Below, in pieces: positions 57,761-64,000 of a stretch of 64,000 bases of DNA (positions are counted from its first letter, which is position 1; each line of letters begins with the position of its first letter). This DNA comes from Prorocentrum cordatum. Taxonomy: Eukaryota. The position numbers and the translations under genes are program-made. The stretch spans positions 1 to 64,000 of the forward strand of contig CAUYUJ010000134.1 of NCBI GenBank assembly GCA_963575745.1, in the 5' to 3' direction. Below the pieces are notes generated by a model, which did no database searches, was not told the origin of the DNA, and saw only the letters and a program-made list of their open reading frames with translations.

Positions 57761-60700
57761 TCAAGCCAATCCACCCCTCGTCAAAGCGTCGCTAATCATG
57801 GCCCGAGTGTTTACCCACCGAAGCCCATGCAGAGTTCCCACTTCCAAACGATCTCGCAATGATCGAAGCAAATACAGCAAATGAGGTGCAGCTGACGCCC
57901 CGAACTCTGCGGCGCCAAGAGCAGAAAACAAGTCCGTTGCCCGCGCAGAGGTGTAGATCCAGTGGAAGTCCCCCTGTGTCCATGCATCTTCGAATCTGCT
58001 TCGCGGCAAGGCGTCCACGGGCACTTTCGCACATCATCACTTGCGTCAACAAGGCTTCGTTGATGCTATCATCTACACTCGCCAACTCCGCTGGCAAAGT
58101 TGAACAGCGCACTCGAGGCTGCTTTCGCGAAAGGAACTCTACGGCTGCGCACCGTCCGCCAGTCGGCATGAAGCCGATCCCTACCTGCTGCTCTGATACC
58201 AGACGATCAGGTCCTGCCCCCCCAACTGCACTGACCGGAAACCCCGCGACACTCCAGGGCAGAGACACGGCATGATATACGAGCGAGTTATGCTTTCTCT
58301 TGACCCAGCGGACTACCGAGCTCAGATGTCGCACACGCTCCCAGCGCGGTTCGCGAGCACGTCGCTGAAGATAGCCGACGTGCACTGCGACGTCGGCCCT
58401 GGTCAACAGCATCCATGCTGCTCCGCCAAGAGACCAAAAAGCTGCCCGACCCTGCTGTTCCAGAGGTTCGTCATCCTTCCAGGCTTTCTACACTGGCACG
58501 GGCCTCAACTGCGCCGCATAGCGATCTTGAGAGCATCACGCTGATCCGTCCGCATGCTGCTCGCGAACAACTCCACAAGATTCAAATGTCCGCTTCTGCC
58601 GCGCGCTTCCCAAGCTCCAAGTCCACTGCGTCCAGAAAAGCGTCCGCCAGCTCCTCAGTAGATGCGTCCTCGAGATCATCCACCTGAGTGCCGCATGCCA
58701 TATGACGGTCCTCGATCGCATCCTTCGCATTGGCAAATGCTATATCCGATACGCGAAACCTATCATCGTCTGCTGACCGAGGCACAAGCTCCCTGGGAAG
58801 AGGTTCACATCTCGCCCCTGCCCACTTGCATAGAACCGTGGATCTGCGACTGACGAAAGCAATCGCAACTTGGTCATCGCCTGCTTCAGTCTGAGATGCC
58901 AAAATCTCGGTGAATCTTCCAGGCCAAAACCGGAAAGCACCATTTCCAGACAATGCTGGCTCGCGTCGAAGTCCGACAGCTGCTGGAACTGCCCCGTGGT
59001 CTTCGCAGTGTCCCTGGGCAGGTCCAGATGAGCTGTCCTCAGAGGGTCGCCCGTCGGATCTGCCACACATCGAAAAGTCAATCCCTTCAGGAAAGCACTG
59101 CCAACGTCGCGAGACCACGACGCCCCCTGCGGGCGACTCGCCGCTTCAAAGTTCACGAACGGCTGTCTCTGTCTCGATGCCGACGCGCTAAACGTGCCAA
59201 CGCGGTCCTGATGCATATCCGGTAAGCCCTTGATGCACAGGCGGGCCGTGATGACTAGCTTTCCATCGGGCTGCTTCCTCCATCGAATGACCCATCTGGA
59301 ACTCATCAAGTTGGCGCACCCTCGCCGGTTGCGTTGCTCAAGCGAGCCAAGCTCAATCCAGTTGTCGAGTTCTTCAAGCACGGCTAACTTCCACTCGATG
59401 CTTGATCGGGCGCTCCTTCGCAAGTTCATCTGCTTTCCGTCCGATCACCATCTTGGCTTTGCCCGAGAAGCTCACATACGACACCGCGTAGTGACCTTTG
59501 TCAGCTGCAATCAGAGATATGACCTCTGACGCCGTTGCGAGGGCAACGCCCACGGGTCAGGACCGCAAGCTTCGAAACCTCCGCGCTGAACTCCACCGCC
59601 ACTGGCTCCTCTGGAATCTCCTGTTTGCCTAGCGCCTCTTCCACCTGGACCGCCTCCACGACTCTGGAGCCCATGCAGCATCCAGCGTCAGACGGGAAGG
59701 AACTGTCCAAGATAGAATGGTAGAATCCGAGATCGTTCTCCATCTGCCCTGACAATCAGGGGTCCCAGGGGTCTGACCACGACTCCTGCACGTCAGACTT
59801 CGCGTTGGGTTCAATCCTAGATGGTCGATGGAACGGCCTCCACGTTGGTCGCAAGAGCTCCAAATCAGCGCCCGGATCTCTGGGATGCGCTGTGCGCTGA
59901 GCCTCCAGCTCCGACGCCGCTGACTCGGCGTCGATCGCAGCCCCGGGACTTGGCAAACGATGTTCGGGGCGATTTCCGCCATCAGCATCCTCACGTGGTC
60001 GCACCTGTCCTCGAGGCGGCGGGCCCGGCACCTCGCTCGCCACGGGATAGTCCGACACGTCTTGCGGCCCGCGAATGCGAAGGAAATGCACGCCCAGTTG
60101 TCTCAGCACTGTCACCGTGGCCGCTTTCACCATGTGAAACTGCGCCCAGCACGTTCTGGTATTATCTTGATTCAGTGAATGTTGCGCGCTCGCCTTCTGC
60201 CGAGGGTTGTAGCTCGCGTGGTGATGCCTGGCGGTTCCCCCAGGCAACCACCACGCAATCAGACAGGCACGACGCCCACGAGCTGGGGACATCTCTTCGT
60301 GCTGGATCCGAGCGTGACTGTAAGCACCCCATGCAGCTGGAAATCACAAGCACCGGCATGAAAGGCTGAAGACATCCAGGTTGGCAGACGCTTGCTGGCA
60401 CGAGCTAACCTCCAGCCCCCATCTCGTCCGATCTCGTAGCCCCAATGGCATCGTCGTCATATTCGCCATGGTCTCGACATTATATACCAAGAGCTGGCAC
60501 GGTTTGACGCATCCTCTTCTGGGCGCAGCCAGTACCGTGATCCAAGTAACTCTCTGCGCACGTCCGCTGGCCGACATGGCAAGGTCCTCCCTGCCACCTG
60601 ACTCACTGACATGTATGACGCCCTCGTGTGCTCGGTCCATAGACATCACCTTGCAAGGTCCACGCTAGCTGGCGACGCCCTTTCTTCGCGGATGCCTGAA

Positions 60701-61900
60701 GATGTCCGCCTGATCGCCCAGCTTGACATCGCCGAGCGGCGCTGCTGGTAGCGTTTGCGCCCTCGCTACCAGTTGCAATCGTTCCTGCGCGTTCCATCGA
60801 ATGACGTTGGCCAAGGTCAACTCTCGCACTCGATACACGCGCCGTGAAAGCTCGCCTCCCGCTTCACCATCCAAGTCAGCTCCCGCGCCGCCAAGTACCA
60901 GCAGAATGTCGGGCACCAGAAACGAGAAACATCGGCGCCCCGTAGACTCTGAACCAGATGCGCGCGATCGATGGCAGCACGTCGCCTGGCCCCTTCGACT
61001 TCACAAACAGGCCCTGAGCCCCGCTAACGCTCATACCTGTAGGATGCACCACGATGCCGTCGTTCGGGGATTAATAGATCAAACTGCATTCCCTCGATGA
61101 ACGCCGCCACGAAGGCGAGGCTCGCGATTGACTTGTTGTCGCGACGCTGCACCACACGACACGCAGTGCAAGTGCCCACCGCGCCCTGCAGCACGTCGAT
61201 CACCTCAGTCGGCAAGCCTGCGGCTCAGAGAAGATCCTGCGGTCGTCCTCAGCTGGCACAACAGCACCCTCAGCTGGCACGACGGAACCCTCAGTTGGCA
61301 CAACAGCACCATCGGCGGGCGCGGCAGCAACTCCTCCAGAGGGGAGCACCAGCTCCACCCGAAGACGCCGCCTCAGCGTGAAGCGGCATCTCCGCCTCGT
61401 TTCCGGCTCGAGGGTGCACCCGATGTCCTGCCCCAGCCGCTCGCGAGGCCAGTGCTCGAGGAGCGCGGGCATGAGCCCATCCCGAAGAGGGGCGGGAGTA
61501 CCGACTGTCCGAGAACATGACCAGGCGACAGTTGGTGTCGCGCGCGCGGCGAGAGTCGAACCTGTCCCCGACCGCGACACATGCTGGGCACGAGTACTCC
61601 TCGGACTCGATCGGCGGACGCCTGCACTGCCAAGGAATTTGAATGTAAGAGGCGCGCGTTCCCACCCGATTCCCCCTGCACCCCCGACAGTAATTGATCG
61701 CACCTGCCTTCGCCAGAGCCTTCCGACGAGGTCGCGGAGCATGTTGTCCTGGCGGCGGCGCCGCCGCCTCCGCCGGGGGCGCTGGAGCCAGCACAGGCGG
61801 GGGGTCGATCGCCGCTGGCGCCCCGGCTGGATTCAGTCGAGTGCACGAGGCAACCGCAGGATAAACAAACCGTCGCGGATTCAGTTCACGCGGCGATATC
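57761..61900 (-). mobile_element. Decayed Ty1/copia-like LTR retrotransposon pol (copy A)
   Basis: Integrase Zn-finger remnant (CTAC), RT motifs SRWVIRW, ARLCIKG, DVGSAFLKG, FGLEDSPRFW, VDDL; RNase H end MISDALTRG. Many frameshifts; most of the integrase core is deleted. Confidence 0.85.
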
Positions 61901-61904
61901 AACT

Positions 61905-64000
61905 CAGAAACCCCATCTGCCAGCGTCCGTGCGAACTGCCAAGTCCGACAGCTGCTCGACCTGCCTGGCGATCTTCACAGCGCCCTCAGACATGCCCAGT
62001 TGGACTGTCCTGAGGGTTTGCCCGTCAAGTCTGCCACATCTTGAAAAGTCCATCCCTTCAGAAAAGCACTGCCAACGTCGCGGGGCAACTACACCCAACG
62101 CGGGCGACTCGCCGCATAAAAATTCACGATGCGCTGACTGTCTCGATGCCGTCGCGCCACGTGTCCAGGCGGTCCTGCTGCATATCCTTGAAGCCCTCTG
62201 ATGCACAGACGGGCCTTGGTGCCTAGCTTTCCACCGGGCTGCTTCTTTCAACGAATGACCAGTCTGGAACCCATCAAGGTGTCGCGCCCTCGCCGGCTGC
62301 GTTGAATAAGCGAGCCAGACTCCATCCACTTGTCAAGTTATCGCAGCGTGGCCTTTTCAACTTCCAATCGATGCTTGATCGGGCCCTCCCTGCGCAAGCT
62401 CATCTGCTTCTCGTTCGAGCACCGTCTGGGTTTTTGCCCGACGAGCTCACAACCAACACCACGTAGTGACCATTGTCAGCTGCAGAGAGATATGACCTCT
62501 GACGCCGTCGCACCGGCATCGTCCGCGGCCAGGACCAAAAGCTTAAAGACCCCCGCGCTGAACTCCACCGCCACTGGCTCCTCCGAAATCACCTGCGTGC
62601 CTAGCGCCTCTCCCACCTGGACCGCGTCCACGACTCTGGAGCCCATCCTGTATTCAGCGTCAGGCGCGCAGGAACTGCCCAAGACAGAGCGGTAGGATCC
62701 GAAGTCGTTCTCCATCTGTCCTGGCCATCCGAGGCCCCAGGGCCCCCTCCGACCACGGATCCTGCACATCTGAATTCGAATTGGGTTCGACCTCATAGGG
62801 CCGATTGAACGGTCTCCACGTTGGTCGCAAGAGCTCTGGATGAGCGCCTGGGCCCCCAAGACGCGCTGTGCCCTGAGCCTCCGGCTCCGACGCCCCTGAC
62901 TCGGCGTCGATCGTAGCCCCGGGACATGGCCAACGATGTTCGAGGCGGTCTCCATCATAAGCATCCTCACGCGGTTGCACCTGTCCTCGAGGCGGCGGGT
63001 CCGGCACCTCGCTCACCACGGGTAAGTCCGACACGTCTCGCGGCCCGCCAACGCGAGGAAAATGCGCGCCGGGTTGCCCCAGCACTGTCGCTGCGGCCAC
63101 ATCAAACATGAGAAACTGCACCCAGCACGCTCTGGCATAATCTTGACCCTGTACATGCTACGCGCTCGCCTTCTCCTGAGGGCCGTAGCTTGCGCGGCGA
63201 TACCTGTCTGTCTCCAGGCAACCACCACGCTGTCAGACACGCGCGCGCGATACCCGCGAGCTCGGGGCATCTCTTTCGCGCTGGATCCGAGCCTGACTGC
63301 AAGAACTCCACGCAGCTGGAAATCACATGCACCGACATGAAAGGCTGCACACATCAAGCTTGGCAAACGTCAGCTCGCACGAGTGAACCTCCAGCGACCA
63401 TCTCGTCCGATCTCGCACCCCAGAGCACCGTCGTCGTCTTCGCCATGTTCTCGACAAAATACACCAAGAGCTGACACGGCTGGACGTCTTCCCTTCCAGG
63501 CGCGGCCAGGATCGCAATCCACGTAACTGCCCTGCGCACGTCTGCTGGCCGACATGGCAAGGTCCTGCCCTGCCACCTGGCATCTGTGATGCCCTCGTCT
63601 GCTCGCTCCATAGACATCACCCTGCAAGGCCCACGCCAGCCAGCGACGCCCTCGTCCGACGGAGCCCTGAAGATGTCAACCTGGTCGCCCGGCTTGACAT
63701 CGAGGAGCTGCGATGCTGGTCGCGCTCGCGTCCTCGCTGCCAGTTGCAGTCGCTCTTGCGCAGTTCCTCGAACGACACTGGCCAAGGTCAACTCTCGCAC
63801 TCGACGCAAGCGCCGCGATATCTCGCCTCCTGCTTCACCATCCGATTCAGCGCCCACGCCGCCAAACACCAGCAGAATGCCCGGCACCCTCCCGAACAAA
63901 GCAGCGTAGGAAGTCGTGCCATGCACGCTCAACAGGGCGTTCTGCGCGAAGAGCGACTTGTCTAACACCTCGTCCTTGGTCACTCGTATGCCTTCTTCTC
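61905..64000 (-). mobile_element. Second decayed copia-like pol (copy B), truncated within RT; continues past the window end
   Basis: Collinear with ~58970-60915 (GDQVDIFR..GWRGPCRV, EEPVAVEFSA, REDAYDGD). Confidence 0.85.

Overview
This is GC-rich eukaryotic DNA, inferred to be dinoflagellate (Prorocentrum-like). The inference rests on spliced-leader-like GGCTCAAG relics, a tandem gene array, a probable GA..AG intron and dinoflagellate-type copia/LINE relics. (1) 1-39.7 kb: a minus-strand tandem array of nine intronless copies of a 260-aa secreted Cys-rich protein with a signal peptide, an RQLRG motif, an unrecognised 10-Cys module and two PAN/apple-like domains. Units are long (~5.2-5.4 kb) or short (~1.8 kb). 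Seven copies are intact, one is a pseudogene and one has a frameshifted C-terminus. A full-length but defective ~7 kb RTE-like LINE interrupts the array; its ORF2 carries two large in-frame tandem-repeat expansions. (2) 39.7-50.9 kb: nested repeats, including two Helitron2/Helentron-like non-autonomous elements carrying 76-89 bp minisatellites, a 5'-truncated LINE, a 44-bp repeat family and ~10.5-bp-periodic CTTGG repeats. (3) 50.9-53.4 kb: the last four exons of a carotenoid cleavage dioxygenase with all four Fe-binding His, followed by an intronless diverged echo of its own C-terminus. (4) 53.4-64 kb: a 1.5 kb CAT/CAG microsatellite, a decayed gag-like zinc-knuckle ORF, an SL relic and two decayed copia pol copies, probably all inside one large CCD intron. 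No prokaryotic systems, CRISPR arrays or RNA genes were seen. All domain calls are by eye and were not checked against databases.
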